Origin: Bacillota bacterium
GTDB lineage: Bacteria; Bacillota; Clostridia; Christensenellales; SZUA-584
Assembly: GCA_023390815.1 (NCBI GenBank)
Contig: JAEWCC010000035.1
Location: forward strand, 6,543 to 70,542
Reading direction: 5' to 3'
DNA: 64,000 bases
Shown here: piece by piece, positions 8,478 through 20,870 of the stretch
Position numbering within the stretch: position 1 is the stretch's first letter
Layout of the letters: the number at the start of each line of letters is the position of its first letter
Notes under the pieces: generated by a model
Told to the model about the DNA's origin: nothing
Databases searched by the model: none
Seen by the model: the letters and a program-made list of their open reading frames with translations, nothing else
Position numbers and translations under genes: made by a program

Positions 8478-9739
8478 ATGCTGACTCAGGCGCCGAAGGG
8501 CACAAAGGATGTATTACCTGCCGAAAGCGGGAAGTGGCAGCACATTGAAAATAAAGTAAGGGACATCTGCGCGCGGTTCGGATACCGTGAGATACGCACG
8601 CCGGTATTTGAACATACCGAGCTGTTTTTGCGCGGCGTCGGCGATACGACGGACATCGTGCAGAAGGAGATGTTTACGTTTACGGATAAGGGGGATCGGA
8701 GCATCACCCTGAAGCCGGAAGGCACGGCAGGTGCGGTGCGCGCCTTTATTGAAAACAGCCTATACGGCGGCCCGCAGCCCACGAAGATGTACTATCTCTC
8801 GTCACCGATTTTCCGTCAAGAGAAACCGCAGGCCGGTCGGCTTCGTGAGCACCATCAATTCGGCGTTGAGGTGTTTGGCGCACCCGGCCCATCGGTAGAC
8901 GTGGAAGTTATCTCGGTTGCATTGACCTTGCTTCGTGAACTAGGGGTTAATGGCCTTGCGCTCAATATCAACAGCATCGGCTGTCCCGTATGCCGTCCCG
9001 CGTATAACGCGGCGCTGCGGACATTCCTCGAGAATAAGAGCGGCGGATTGTGCGGAAACTGCAAAGAACGGATGCAGACGAACCCGCTGCGCGTGCTCGA
9101 CTGCAAGGAAGAAGCGTGCAAGGAACTCGTCAAGGACGCGCCGGTGATGCTGGACTGCCTCTGCGACGACTGCCGGACACACTTCGATGGGCTGAAAGCT
9201 CGGCTGGAAGCCTTAGGTATCGAATATGCTGTCAATCCGCATATCGTACGCGGACTGGATTACTACACCAAGACGGTGTTCGAGATCATCTCCACCGATA
9301 TCGGCTCGCAGGGCACGGTGTGCGGCGGAGGCCGGTACGACGGCCTTGTGGAACAGCTTGGCGGCCCCTCCATGCCAGGTATCGGTTTTGGCATGGGGAT
9401 CGAGCGGTTGCTGCTCGTGCTAAATTCTCTGGGTATTGAGTTGCCGCAGCCCAGAGTTTGCGACGCGTATATCTGCACATTGGGCGGGGAAGCGTCGGTC
9501 AAAGGGTTGGTCATCGCGTCATGCCTTCGTGATTCGGGCATCCGGGCCGATATCGACCACATGGGCCGCAGTTTGAAAGCGCAGCTTAAGTACGCGGCAA
9601 AACTGGGCGCGGCGTATGTGGTCATACTGGGCGAAAATGAACTGCAGAACGGGATTGCGGCAGTGCGCAACATGAGCGCCAGCGAAGAGAAAATGGTTCC
9701 GCTAGCGGAATTAAATGAATATTTAAAGGCAGGATTACA

Positions 9740-9743
<4 letters not shown>
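8478..9743 (+). CDS. hisS: histidine--tRNA ligase
   Basis: Class II aaRS motifs FRQEKPQAGRLREHHQFGVE and GGGRYDGL; 421 aa. Confidence 0.97.
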
Positions 9744-11527
<1,784 letters not shown>

Positions 11528-11554
11528 TGAAACCTTGAAGAGAAAAGAGTACGT

Positions 11555-12013
11555 ATGGAAACCATGAAGGAATACGGGCGCGTGGTAGCGATCGAAGGCC
11601 GGGATGCGATGATCAAATTCGTCCGCACCTCTGCATGCGGGCGCTGCCATGCGTGCGGCATGCTCTCCGCACAAAACGAGATTGTGGTGAACGTGCCCAA
11701 TACGATGGGTGCAGAGGCGGGAGACCGCGTCGCGATCGACATCCGCATGAAAAAGGCGCTCGGCGCTTCGGTCATCGCGTATGTGTTTCCGCTGGTAATG
11801 CTTGTATTGGGCGCGGTGGTGGGCTGGCTGCTATCCGGAGTATGGCACGTGTTTAAAACCGCCGATGTCACGATGGCGATCTGCGCGCTCATATTTGCCG
11901 CACTTGCTTTTCCGTTGATGAAGCTCGCTTCCCCGCTCTACAGCCGGCAGGTTGCCAATGTTTATACCATGATCGAAGTAAAGAAACCCGGCGAGGCCAA
12001 TAAACAGCCGTAA
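11555..12013 (+). CDS. RseC/MucC-family (SoxR-reducing system) membrane protein
   Basis: N-terminal beta-domain with the cysteine cluster SACGRCHACG, followed by two hydrophobic helices. This is the typical RseC architecture. Confidence 0.75.
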   Translation: METMKEYGRVVAIEGRDAMIKFVRTSACGRCHACGMLSAQNEIVVNVPNTMGAEAGDRVAIDIRMKKALGASVIAYVFPLVMLVLGAVVGWLLSGVWHVFKTADVTMAICALIFAALAFPLMKLASPLYSRQVANVYTMIEVKKPGEANKQP

Positions 12014-12059
12014 ATATCCGCGACGGCGCGGAAATATAGAGGTTTTAAGGAGAACGCTT

Positions 12060-12386
12060 ATGTCAGACAAGGCAATGGAAATTACGAATGTAAACTTCGA
12101 CGAGAAAGTACTCAACAGTACACAGCCAGTACTGGTGGATTTTTGGGCTGAATGGTGCGCGCCCTGCCGGATGCTCTCTCCCTTGATCGACGAGGTGGCG
12201 GGGCAGTACGGCGAGAAGGCCAAAATCGGAAAAGTCAACATCGACGAGCAGCCCGAACTTGCACAGCGCTTCGGTGTGATGAGCATTCCGACACTCATTT
12301 TATTTAAAGACGGTACCGCGGCGAGCCGCAGTGTAGGCGTGGTGGGCAAAGATAAAATATCCGGAATGATTGACGCAGCACTCTGA
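12060..12386 (+). CDS. trxA: thioredoxin
   Basis: 108 aa with the WCAPC active site and an IPTLILFKDG block. Confidence 0.96.
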   Translation: MSDKAMEITNVNFDEKVLNSTQPVLVDFWAEWCAPCRMLSPLIDEVAGQYGEKAKIGKVNIDEQPELAQRFGVMSIPTLILFKDGTAASRSVGVVGKDKISGMIDAAL

Positions 12387-12454
12387 AAAAATATATGTAG
12401 TTTTCTTTCGGAATATTTGGTATAATAAATCATTGCAAGTCGGGGGGATTAAGC

Positions 12455-12715
12455 ATGGAACCGCTCAGAGTTTCGACCAAATCTCAACCCAAATCGGTGG
12501 CAGGCGCCATTGCTGCGATGATCAATGATTACCAGAAGGCAGAAGTTTTGGCAGTGGGAGCCGGCGCGGTAAATCAGGCCATCAAGGCCATTGCGATCGC
12601 ACGTGGATTTCTCGCGCCGCGCGGTATCGATATCGTTGTAATACCCGCGTTTACCAACGTGGATATTGACGGCATATCGAGAACCTCGATCAAGCTGCTG
12701 GTGGAGATACGCTGA
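12455..12715 (+). CDS. spoVS: stage V sporulation protein S
   Basis: 86 aa. KSVAGAIAAMI...AVGAGAVNQAIKAIAIARGFLAPRGIDIVVIPAF is near-colinear with Bacillus SpoVS. Confidence 0.93.
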   Translation: MEPLRVSTKSQPKSVAGAIAAMINDYQKAEVLAVGAGAVNQAIKAIAIARGFLAPRGIDIVVIPAFTNVDIDGISRTSIKLLVEIR

Positions 12716-12728
12716 TTTCGCACAGCAT

Positions 12729-12754
12729 TCGGCAGACAATGCCGATTTTTTTTT
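12729..12754 (+). terminator. intrinsic terminator after spoVS
   Basis: Stem TCGGCA/TGCCGA with a 5-nt loop, followed by a run of nine T. Confidence 0.8.
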
Positions 12755-12797
12755 GAAGAGACATCATGATTGAAAACATTGAAAGTGAGTTTCGGAG

Positions 12798-15700
12798 TTG
12801 TTTTTAAAGCGGATTGAAATGTCGGGTTTTAAATCCTTCCCCGAGAAAACTGAAATCGAACTGGGCGGCCTGATTACCGGCGTCGTAGGGCCCAATGGCA
12901 GCGGCAAGAGCAACGTCTCTGACGCCGTCCGGTGGGTACTGGGCGAGCAAAGCGCCAAGGCGCTGCGCGGCGGTGTGATGCAGGACGTCATATTTGCCGG
13001 TACGCAGTCGCGAAAGCCGCGCTCGTATTGTGAGGTTTCGCTTACCTTCGATAACGCCGACGGAAGGGTAGGCACCGAGTTTTCCGAAGTTCAGGTCACG
13101 CGCAAGCTGTATCGCAGCGGCGAGGGCGAATATTACATCAACGGCGCGAAATGCCGCCTCAAGGATATCCTCACGCTGTTCCGCGATACCGGCGTCGGCC
13201 GCGAGGGATATTCGATTATCGGCCAGGGCAGGATAGACGATATATTGAGCGAAAAATCGGCAGACCGGCGGCGCGTGTTCGAAGAAGCCTCGGGAATCAT
13301 GAAATATCGCGTCCGCAAGGAAGAAGCCGAGCGCAAGCTGGAACGCACGCGCTTTAACCTCGTGCGCGTGGAGGATATTCTCGCGGAGCAGTCGCAGCGT
13401 GTCGGCCCACTCAAAAGCCAGGCCGAGGACGCGGCGGCGTACCTTGAGGTCGCGGCGCGGTTAAAGCATCTTGATATCAACCTGTTCCTGCATACCTACG
13501 ACAGGACCAAAGAGCGTATTGAAAAGCTCACGCAATCGAAACAGGAGTTGTTGGAGGAGCGTGCGCAGCTGGAGCACGAGATCGAGAAGCTCACGCAGCG
13601 GCAGGCGGGCGAACAGAGCAGCGCGCGGGAGCTCGAACATGCGGGAGACACGCTGTCCGAGAAGCTGAGCGGCAGCATGGCGGAAATCGAACGCACCGAG
13701 GGCGAAATTCGCCTCTGCGAGGAGCGTATCGCGAACATCGAAAAGGATACGCAGCGTATCGCGGAAGAGATCGCAGGCGCTGAGGAGCGAAAGAAGTTTA
13801 ACCAGAACAGCCGGGCTGCGAATATCCATAAGGCCGAAAAAGCGGAGCAGGAACTTGCAACATGCCGCGGCGATATGGACCGGCTGAGCGCGGAATTAGC
13901 GGCGTTGACCGGCACATTTCAGGACAAGCTTAAGCGCATTGAAGAAGTCCAGAACGCGAAACTAAGGTCCATCGAACAGCTGAGCGAAATCAAGAATCAG
14001 ATGTTCGCGCTCGAGGAGAAGCAGCGTAATACGGTGCAGCGCATCGACGATATAAACCGGCGTATCGAGGAGGCAGAGCGCGAGCAGCAAACTGCGCGGC
14101 AGGCGCTGCGCACCGCGGAGGAAGAGCTGTCTCATCTGGGCGGCGCTTCGGCGCAGCTGCGCGATGCCTTCAACAGCAAGGTGTTCTCATCCAGACAGCT
14201 GGAGTCCGAGTCGGCAAAGGACCAACAGGCGCTGGACGCTGCGCGGCGCGAGCTGGCGGCGTGCGTCGCTAACGCCCGGCTGCTGGCCGATATGAAGAAC
14301 AGCTTTGAGGGCTATATGGACAGCGTAAGAAAGCTGATGCTGTCCGCGAAAAACAACAGTGATTTGTCACGCCGCATTACGGGCGTCGTGGCCGACTGTA
14401 TGCGCGTTCCCGCGCAGTACGAGACTGCCGTGGAAGCGTGCCTCGGCGCCGCGCTGCAGAATATCATCGTCGGCGACGAATACGACGCGAAGGCGCTCAT
14501 TGCGCACCTGAGAGAGAACCGCATGGGACGCGTCACGTTCCTGCCGCTGGGGGCGCTTAAAACCCGCCTGCTGACCGGGCAGGAGCGCGCGGATATCCGG
14601 GAACAGGGCGTATACGGCGTCGCCAGCGAGCTGATCACCTGCGAAGACAAGGTGCAGCCTGCGATCGACTTTCTGCTGGGGCGCACCGTAATTGTGGAAG
14701 ATAATGACACCGCAATACGCATCGCGCGCAAAACAGGGGCGTCATTCCGTATCGTCACGCTCGAAGGCGACGTATTCAATCCGGGTGGCTCGATCACGGG
14801 CGGCAGCCTGCGGCGCGAAGCATCCGGACTCGTGTCGCGCGAGCGGCGTGAGGAGGAACTGAAGCAGCGCGCAGAGGAGCTGGAAGCGAAGGCCAAGGCG
14901 CTCGAAACAGCGCTGAAGGATAAAGAAGAGCAACGCGCAAGACTGACGGCAGAAATCGAAGACGCCCGCAAGGCGCTGCACGACAACGAAATCGCGCTGG
15001 CCGCTGGCAAAGAAAAGCAGCAGGCGCTTTCCGCCGCAACCGCCGAAGCGACCGCCGCGATTACTGCGCTGCAGCGTGAAAAGGAGAATACTCAGCGCGG
15101 AATCGAAGAGGCGCGCACCGAACTCGACAAAGTGGCGGCACAGCAGGGCGCGCTGCAGCAGTCAAGCGAGACCGAGCGCGAGGAGTTCGCCCTCATGGAG
15201 GACGAATACAACAAGAATGCCGCGCTGATCGAGGATAAAAAGCAGCGGCTGCACGACGCGGAGATTCGCATCGCGGAGCTGTTCCGCGAGAATGCCGCGA
15301 TACTCAGCGACAACATGCGCCTGGAGCAGGAGCTTCAGGAAATCGATAAATCGATATCGGCGAAGAAAAAGACGATCGAGCTCAACGCGGAGAGCGAAGT
15401 CAACCTGCGCGAGATCAAGGGACAGCTGGAATCGCTGCATGCGCAGAAGAGCGCAAACCTTGAGGGCCTGAAGATTCAGCAGGGTGATATGTTTAAGAAC
15501 CGCGAGACGCTGCAGAAGGGTATCTCCGAGCGCGAAGAGCAGCTATCCGCGCTGCGCAGGCAGCTCGATGAGACGACCGAAAAGCGCATCCGCATGGAGG
15601 TCGCCGCAGAGAAGGCGGATGCGGCGCTGGTCGCCGCGCAGAACCGGCTGTGGGAGACCTACCAGCTGACCTACGCCAACGCGCTCAGCGAACGCGCGCC

Positions 15701-16352
15701 TATCAACGTGGGCGAAGCGCAGGCCGAGTCCGAACAGCTGCGGGAGAAGCTGCGCGATATGGGCAGCATCAATCCCAACGCGATCGAGGAATACCGGCAG
15801 CTGACCGAACGCATCGAGTCGCTGTCGACGCAGAAGGACGATCTGGCCAAGGCCGAGCAGGACCTGCACCAGCTCATCGCCTCGCTCCTGAGCGAGATGC
15901 GGCGTACGTTTAAAATAAGCTTTGAGCAGATCAACAAGCACTTCAGTGCCGCTTTTAAGGACCTGTTCGGCGGCGGCCGAGCAGAACTAGTCCTCGGAGA
16001 GGGTGACATCATGGAGTGCGACATCGACATCGTCGCGGAGCCGCCCGGCAAGAAGCTTCAGCGTATCACGCTGTTATCGGGCGGAGAGCGCGCGCTGACA
16101 GCCATCAGCCTGCTGTTCGCATTGCTCAAGATCAACCCGTCGCCCGTGTGCATACTCGACGAGATCGATACGGCGCTGGACGACAACAATACGGATAAAT
16201 TTGCGGAGTACCTGAGCCGCTATTCCAATAACATGCAGTTCATCGTGATATCGCACAGAAAACCGACGATGTCGGTGTGCGACAGCCTGTACGGCTTCGC
16301 GATGGAGGAGAAGGGCGTATCCAAGCTGCTCTCCGTAAAACTCAACCAGTGA
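12798..16352 (+). CDS. smc: chromosome segregation protein SMC
   Basis: TTG start gives (M)FLKRIEMSGFKSF. Walker A GPNGSGKSN, long coiled coils, signature LSGGERALTAISLLFAL and Walker B CILDEID are present. Confidence 0.97.
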   Translation: MFLKRIEMSGFKSFPEKTEIELGGLITGVVGPNGSGKSNVSDAVRWVLGEQSAKALRGGVMQDVIFAGTQSRKPRSYCEVSLTFDNADGRVGTEFSEVQVTRKLYRSGEGEYYINGAKCRLKDILTLFRDTGVGREGYSIIGQGRIDDILSEKSADRRRVFEEASGIMKYRVRKEEAERKLERTRFNLVRVEDILAEQSQRVGPLKSQAEDAAAYLEVAARLKHLDINLFLHTYDRTKERIEKLTQSKQELLEERAQLEHEIEKLTQRQAGEQSSARELEHAGDTLSEKLSGSMAEIERTEGEIRLCEERIANIEKDTQRIAEEIAGAEERKKFNQNSRAANIHKAEKAEQELATCRGDMDRLSAELAALTGTFQDKLKRIEEVQNAKLRSIEQLSEIKNQMFALEEKQRNTVQRIDDINRRIEEAEREQQTARQALRTAEEELSHLGGASAQLRDAFNSKVFSSRQLESESAKDQQALDAARRELAACVANARLLADMKNSFEGYMDSVRKLMLSAKNNSDLSRRITGVVADCMRVPAQYETAVEACLGAALQNIIVGDEYDAKALIAHLRENRMGRVTFLPLGALKTRLLTGQERADIREQGVYGVASELITCEDKVQPAIDFLLGRTVIVEDNDTAIRIARKTGASFRIVTLEGDVFNPGGSITGGSLRREASGLVSRERREEELKQRAEELEAKAKALETALKDKEEQRARLTAEIEDARKALHDNEIALAAGKEKQQALSAATAEATAAITALQREKENTQRGIEEARTELDKVAAQQGALQQSSETEREEFALMEDEYNKNAALIEDKKQRLHDAEIRIAELFRENAAILSDNMRLEQELQEIDKSISAKKKTIELNAESEVNLREIKGQLESLHAQKSANLEGLKIQQGDMFKNRETLQKGISEREEQLSALRRQLDETTEKRIRMEVAAEKADAALVAAQNRLWETYQLTYANALSERAPINVGEAQAESEQLREKLRDMGSINPNAIEEYRQLTERIESLSTQKDDLAKAEQDLHQLIASLLSEMRRTFKISFEQINKHFSAAFKDLFGGGRAELVLGEGDIMECDIDIVAEPPGKKLQRITLLSGGERALTAISLLFALLKINPSPVCILDEIDTALDDNNTDKFAEYLSRYSNNMQFIVISHRKPTMSVCDSLYGFAMEEKGVSKLLSVKLNQ

Positions 16353-16359
16353 GGGACTT

Positions 16360-17265
16360 ATGGCAGAAAGCATTTTTGAAAAGTTCAAGAACGGGCTGAA
16401 GAAAACCCGCGACAACATATCCACTAAGGTGGGCGGCGTACTCGCCTCCTTCAAAAAGATCGATGAGGATTTCTACGAGGAGTTGGAGGAGACGCTGATA
16501 CTCTGCGATATCGGTGTGGGCGCAGCAGGCAGCATCATGGAGACACTCAAAAAGCGCGTGAAAGAACAGAAGCTGACCGATACCGCCTCCGTGAAGGAGC
16601 TGCTGACGCAGATCATCGCGGAAATGCTCAGCGGCGGAACGGACGATTTACAGCTTCCGGGTGCGATGTTGATCGTGGGCGTCAACGGCGTCGGCAAGAC
16701 CACCGCAATCGGCAAGCTCGCATACCACTATATGTCCATGGGGCGCAGCGTGGTGCTGGCCGCGGCGGATACCTTCCGCGCAGCGGCGGCAGAGCAGCTT
16801 TGCGAATGGGGCAACCGCTCGGGCGCAAAAGTCGTCAAATACGGCGAAGGTGCCGACCCGGCGGCGGTCGTGTTCGACGCGGTGGACTCGGCGGCGCACC
16901 GCGGAACCGATATGGTCATATGCGACACGGCGGGGCGGCTTCACAACAAAAAGAATCTGATGACGGAATTGTCCAAGATCAGCCGCGTGATCGAGAAGCG
17001 CTACGATGCGGACCACCGGCGCACCTACCTCGTGCTGGACGCGACGACGGGGCAGAACGCGATATCGCAGGCGAAGGAGTTCGCACAGGTGACGGAGCTT
17101 TCCGGCCTGATCTTAACGAAGATCGACGGCACCGCCAAGGGCGGCATTGTGCTGGCGATTCGGCATGAACTGGGGCTACCCGTCGTGTTTCTGGGCGTTG
17201 GTGAAGGCATGGAAGATCTGCAGCCTTTCGACGCGGAAGCGTTCGCAAAGAGTTTGATTGGATAA
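16360..17265 (+). CDS. ftsY: signal recognition particle receptor FtsY
   Basis: GVNGVGKTTAIGKLA, DTAGRLHNK and TKIDGTAKGG (SRP GTPase G1-G4 motifs). Confidence 0.96.
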   Translation: MAESIFEKFKNGLKKTRDNISTKVGGVLASFKKIDEDFYEELEETLILCDIGVGAAGSIMETLKKRVKEQKLTDTASVKELLTQIIAEMLSGGTDDLQLPGAMLIVGVNGVGKTTAIGKLAYHYMSMGRSVVLAAADTFRAAAAEQLCEWGNRSGAKVVKYGEGADPAAVVFDAVDSAAHRGTDMVICDTAGRLHNKKNLMTELSKISRVIEKRYDADHRRTYLVLDATTGQNAISQAKEFAQVTELSGLILTKIDGTAKGGIVLAIRHELGLPVVFLGVGEGMEDLQPFDAEAFAKSLIG

Positions 17266-17271
17266 TGCGGC

Positions 17272-17300
17272 TTGACATATCATCGCGCTAGCGCTACAAT
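17272..17300 (+). promoter_or_regulatory. near-consensus sigma-A promoter (TTGACA-17-TACAAT) upstream of ylxM-ffh
   Basis: TTGACA at 17272-17277, an exact 17-nt spacer, and TACAAT at 17295-17300. The spacer contains the 10-bp palindrome GCGCTAGCGC (17285-17294). Confidence 0.6.
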
Positions 17301-17303
17301 ATG

Positions 17304-17339
17304 GCTGTAAAGCATTTTAGCTTTACAGCTTTTGTTTTA
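17304..17339 (+). terminator. terminator-like hairpin plus U-tract between ftsY and ylxM
   Basis: GCTGTAAAGC-ATTTTA-GCTTTACAGC is a perfect 10-bp stem (17304-17329), followed by TTTTGTTTTA. Confidence 0.65.
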
Positions 17340-17361
17340 TAGCGGTTACAAGGCGGCGGTT

Positions 17362-17697
17362 GTGGAAAAAGATTTTGATACGGTCGTGCTGCTCGATATG
17401 TACGCAGGGCTGCTGACCGAAAAACAGCGCAGACTGTGCGATATGTACTACAATCAGGACTATTCGCTGGCCGAGATCGCGAAGATTGAAAGCACGACGC
17501 GCCAGGCGGTGCGGGACGGCATCGAGAAGGCGCGGGAGAAGCTGCATGATACGGAGCAGCGCCTCGGCTTTTCGGAAAAACGCACACAGACGATGACTGC
17601 GCTGGGCCGCGCACTGGAAGCCGCGAAGGACGACGTTGCGCTGACCGGCATTCTCGAAGAGATATCCGGCATATGGGAGAGCGAAAATGGCATTTGA
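17362..17697 (+). CDS. ylxM: YlxM/UPF0122 putative DNA-binding protein (sigma-70 region-4-like HTH)
   Basis: LTEKQRRLCDMYYNQDYSLAEIAKIESTTRQAVRDGI HTH, in the conserved position before ffh. The GTG 17362 start is preferred because the TTG 17332 start lies inside the terminator U-tract. Confidence 0.82.
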   Translation: MEKDFDTVVLLDMYAGLLTEKQRRLCDMYYNQDYSLAEIAKIESTTRQAVRDGIEKAREKLHDTEQRLGFSEKRTQTMTALGRALEAAKDDVALTGILEEISGIWESENGI

Positions 17698-19006
17698 AGG
17701 GCTTGCAGACAAGCTGCAGCATATATTTTCAAAGATCACGAACCGCGGCAAACTGACCGAGCTGGAGGTTAAAGCCGCGCTCAAGGAAGTCAAGCTCGTA
17801 CTGCTTGAGGCGGACGTCAACTTCAAGGTCGTCAAAGACCTGATCGGCCGCATTTCGGAGCGCGCGGTGGGGCAGGATGTATTGACCAGCCTGACGCCCG
17901 GCCAGCAGGTGATCAAGATCGTGCGCGACGAGCTCGTTTCCACGCTCGGCGAGAAGTCAGAACCGGTGCACTTTGCGGCTAACCCGCCCACCATTGTGAT
18001 GATGTGCGGTTTGCAGGGCGCGGGCAAAACGACCATGTGCGGCAAGCTCGCGACACTATGGAAGAAGAACGGCCGCAGCGTAATGCTCGCGGCGCTTGAT
18101 ATCTACCGCCCTGCGGCGATTCAGCAGCTCGGAATCGTGGCGGAAAAAGCGGGTGCGCTGTTCTTCGAGCGGGGCCAGCAGGACCCCATTAAAACCGCGA
18201 AGCAGGCGGTTGACGAAGCGCAGAAGAAGCTTGTTGACGTGCTGATCCTCGACACTGCAGGACGTCTGCACATCGACGAAGAGATGATGGATGAGGTCAA
18301 GCGCATCGCGGACGCGGTGAAGCCGCACGAGAAGCTGCTCGTCGTGGACGCGATGACCGGACAGGACGCCGTGAACGCGGCGGCCGCATTCAACGAAAAA
18401 TTGACACTGGATGGCGTGGTGCTCTCCAAACTGGACGGCGACGCGCGCGGCGGCGCGGCGATATCGGTCCGCGCGGTCACGGGCAAGCCCATCAAGTTCG
18501 CGGGCGTCGGCGAAAAGCTGACCGATGTGGAGGTATTCCATCCCGACCGCATGACCTCGCGTATCCTCGGTATGGGCGACGTGCTGTCGCTGATCGAGAA
18601 GGCGGAACAGAACTTTGAAGCCGACAAGGCCGCGGCGCTCGAAAAGAAGCTGCGCAAAGCCGAGTTCACGCTGGAGGATTTCCTCGACCAGATGGGCGAG
18701 CTTAAAAAGATGGGCAACCTCGGCGACATGCTTTCGATGCTGCCGGGCGGCAACAAGCTTTCGGGCATGCAGCTCGACGAAAAGCAGATGGCGCATACCG
18801 AGGCGATCATCAAATCCATGACGCCCGAGGAGAGAAGGCGTCCGCAGATCATCGGCGGCAGCCGCAAGAAGCGCATTGCCGCAGGCAGCGGCATGAAAGT
18901 GCAGGATGTCAACCGGCTCCTTAATCAGTTCGAGCAAATGACCAAGCTGATGAAGGGGATGTCGGGTAAACGGTTAAAGAAAGGCATGCTCGGCATGCCG
19001 TTCTGA
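17687..19006 (+). CDS. ffh: signal recognition particle protein Ffh
   Basis: [16 protein letters not shown] and a Met-rich C-terminal M-domain. It overlaps the ylxM end by 11 nt. Confidence 0.97.
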   Translation: MAFEGLADKLQHIFSKITNRGKLTELEVKAALKEVKLVLLEADVNFKVVKDLIGRISERAVGQDVLTSLTPGQQVIKIVRDELVSTLGEKSEPVHFAANPPTIVMMCGLQGAGKTTMCGKLATLWKKNGRSVMLAALDIYRPAAIQQLGIVAEKAGALFFERGQQDPIKTAKQAVDEAQKKLVDVLILDTAGRLHIDEEMMDEVKRIADAVKPHEKLLVVDAMTGQDAVNAAAAFNEKLTLDGVVLSKLDGDARGGAAISVRAVTGKPIKFAGVGEKLTDVEVFHPDRMTSRILGMGDVLSLIEKAEQNFEADKAAALEKKLRKAEFTLEDFLDQMGELKKMGNLGDMLSMLPGGNKLSGMQLDEKQMAHTEAIIKSMTPEERRRPQIIGGSRKKRIAAGSGMKVQDVNRLLNQFEQMTKLMKGMSGKRLKKGMLGMPF

Positions 19007-19028
19007 TATAAAATTACTGGAGGCAAAT

Positions 19029-19265
19029 ATGCTTAAAATCAGATTGAAAAGAATCGGCGCCAAGAAGAGCCCGTTCTACCGCATCGTGGTTGCGGATGCC
19101 AGAGCGCCCCGTGACGGTCGCTTCGTCGAAGAACTCGGCAACTACGACCCGATGAGCAAGAAGTTCGTCGTGGATGGCGAGAAGACGCTTACCTGGATCA
19201 AAAACGGCGCGCAGCCGACGGAAACCGTGCGCTCGCTGCTCAAGAAGAACGGCGTTCTGAAGTAA
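19029..19265 (+). CDS. rpsP: 30S ribosomal protein S16
   Basis: [24 protein letters not shown]-terminus; 78 aa. Confidence 0.97.
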   Translation: MLKIRLKRIGAKKSPFYRIVVADARAPRDGRFVEELGNYDPMSKKFVVDGEKTLTWIKNGAQPTETVRSLLKKNGVLK

Positions 19266-19277
19266 ATGGAGAATGTT

Positions 19278-19514
19278 ATGCTGGAACTTGTAAAATACAT
19301 CGCAGAATCGCTTGTGGACAAGCCGGAAGAGGTTAAGGTCAGCCAGACCGAGGACGACAAGTCCATCATCATCGAGCTTTCCGTGGCGCGCGAGGATATG
19401 GGCAAGGTCATCGGCAAACAGGGACGCATCGCCAAGGCGGTCCGTGCGGTCGTTAAGGCAGCCTCATCCAAATCAAAGAAGAAGTATGTCGTTGAAATCG
19501 TCGAACATGATTGA
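19278..19514 (+). CDS. khpA: KH-domain RNA-binding protein KhpA (YlqC)
   Basis: GKVIGKQGRIAKAVR (KH GxxG); about 78 aa. ATG 19266 is an alternative start. Confidence 0.88.
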   Translation: MLELVKYIAESLVDKPEEVKVSQTEDDKSIIIELSVAREDMGKVIGKQGRIAKAVRAVVKAASSKSKKKYVVEIVEHD

Positions 19515-20016
19515 AATTGCCCGTGTGATCGCGCCGCACGGCATCCGCGGGGATGTGAAGGTGCGGCTGTATTCGGACAGCTTTGAAGCGTTCTGTCAGC
19601 GGGGGTTCGCATACCTGAATAACACGGATGGTCAGCTTCGCAGTGCCTACGAGGCGCTGCGCGTTGACCCTCCGTTTGTTTATGTTCATTTTGAGGGCGT
19701 GGACACGCGCAACGACGCGGAGCGGCTGCGCAATGCGCCGCTTTATGTGCAGCGCAGCGAACTCGAAGCGCCGGATGAAGGCGAGTATTATATCAATGAC
19801 ATTCTGGGCTATGCGGTCATGGCGGACGGCAAAAAGCTCGGTGTGCTCAAAGACGTGCTGCAGCATGGCGCGGCGGACGTCTATGTGGTGTCGGGCGATA
19901 AAAACTTCATGTTTCCGGCGCTGAAGCGCGTGATTAAGAACGTAGATACCGGAGTGGGCGTGATCGAGGTGGACGAAGCGGCACTGCGGGAGGTCGCGGT
20001 CTATGACGACCTATAA
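19507..20016 (+). CDS. rimM: ribosome maturation factor RimM
   Basis: The in-frame ATG 19507 overlaps the khpA stop. IARVIAPHGIRGDVKV N-terminus with a PRC-barrel C-terminus. Confidence 0.93.
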   Translation: MIEIARVIAPHGIRGDVKVRLYSDSFEAFCQRGFAYLNNTDGQLRSAYEALRVDPPFVYVHFEGVDTRNDAERLRNAPLYVQRSELEAPDEGEYYINDILGYAVMADGKKLGVLKDVLQHGAADVYVVSGDKNFMFPALKRVIKNVDTGVGVIEVDEAALREVAVYDDL

Positions 20017-20743
20017 CGTGCTGACGCTGTTCCCCGACATGTTTTCTTCGGTTTGCAGTTCGAGCATATGGGGAAGGGCGATCAAGGCCGGTCTGATCGA
20101 AGTCAACGCCATCGACATCCGGGACTATACGCAGGACAAGCATCGTCGTGCGGACGATTATCCGATGGGCGGCGGCGTGGGTATGGTGATGAAGCCCGAA
20201 CCGGTGGACGCGTGCTTTTTAGACGTATTGTCGCGCAGCGAGAAGCCGTATCTCAACGTATACATGTCGCCTTGCGGAAAGAAACTCCGTCATTCGCTCG
20301 TGCTGGACCTGTCCAGGTACCGTACCATCAACATCCTTTGCGGACATTATGAAGGTGTGGACGCGCGCGTGCTGAAACGCCATATCGATGTGGAGATATC
20401 GATGGGGGATTTCGTGCTGACCGGCGGGGAGATCGCCGCAATGGCGTTGATTGACGCCAGCATACGGCATATCGAAGGCGTGCTGGGCAACGAGGACTCC
20501 GCTGTGGGCGAGTCGTTCTCCGAGTCGCTGCTGGAATATCCGCAGTATACGCGTCCCGCGGTATGGGAAGGGGAGAGCATCCCTGAGGTGCTGCTTTCCG
20601 GCCATCACGCGAATGTGGAGAAATACCGGCGGCAAAAATCGCTTGAACTGACGGTCCGGAAGCGGCCCGACTTGCTGGCCCGGGCGAGACTGACAAAGAA
20701 GGATATCGCGTTTATTACGAAAGAAGACGAACGGCCCAAATAG
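20003..20743 (+). CDS. trmD: tRNA (guanine37-N1)-methyltransferase
   Basis: [21 protein letters not shown] and [12 protein letters not shown] motifs. Confidence 0.96.
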   Translation: MTTYNVLTLFPDMFSSVCSSSIWGRAIKAGLIEVNAIDIRDYTQDKHRRADDYPMGGGVGMVMKPEPVDACFLDVLSRSEKPYLNVYMSPCGKKLRHSLVLDLSRYRTINILCGHYEGVDARVLKRHIDVEISMGDFVLTGGEIAAMALIDASIRHIEGVLGNEDSAVGESFSESLLEYPQYTRPAVWEGESIPEVLLSGHHANVEKYRRQKSLELTVRKRPDLLARARLTKKDIAFITKEDERPK

Positions 20744-20870
20744 CGGGTCGTTTTTGATTCCCGCCGTAGTCCCAGTACCAAGGGCTGTTGATGATCAAAA
20801 ATGCATAAACTCATGTGTCGCGATATCGCTTTTGTGTTATAATAATCCTATATTGGGGAGGAGGGGCACC

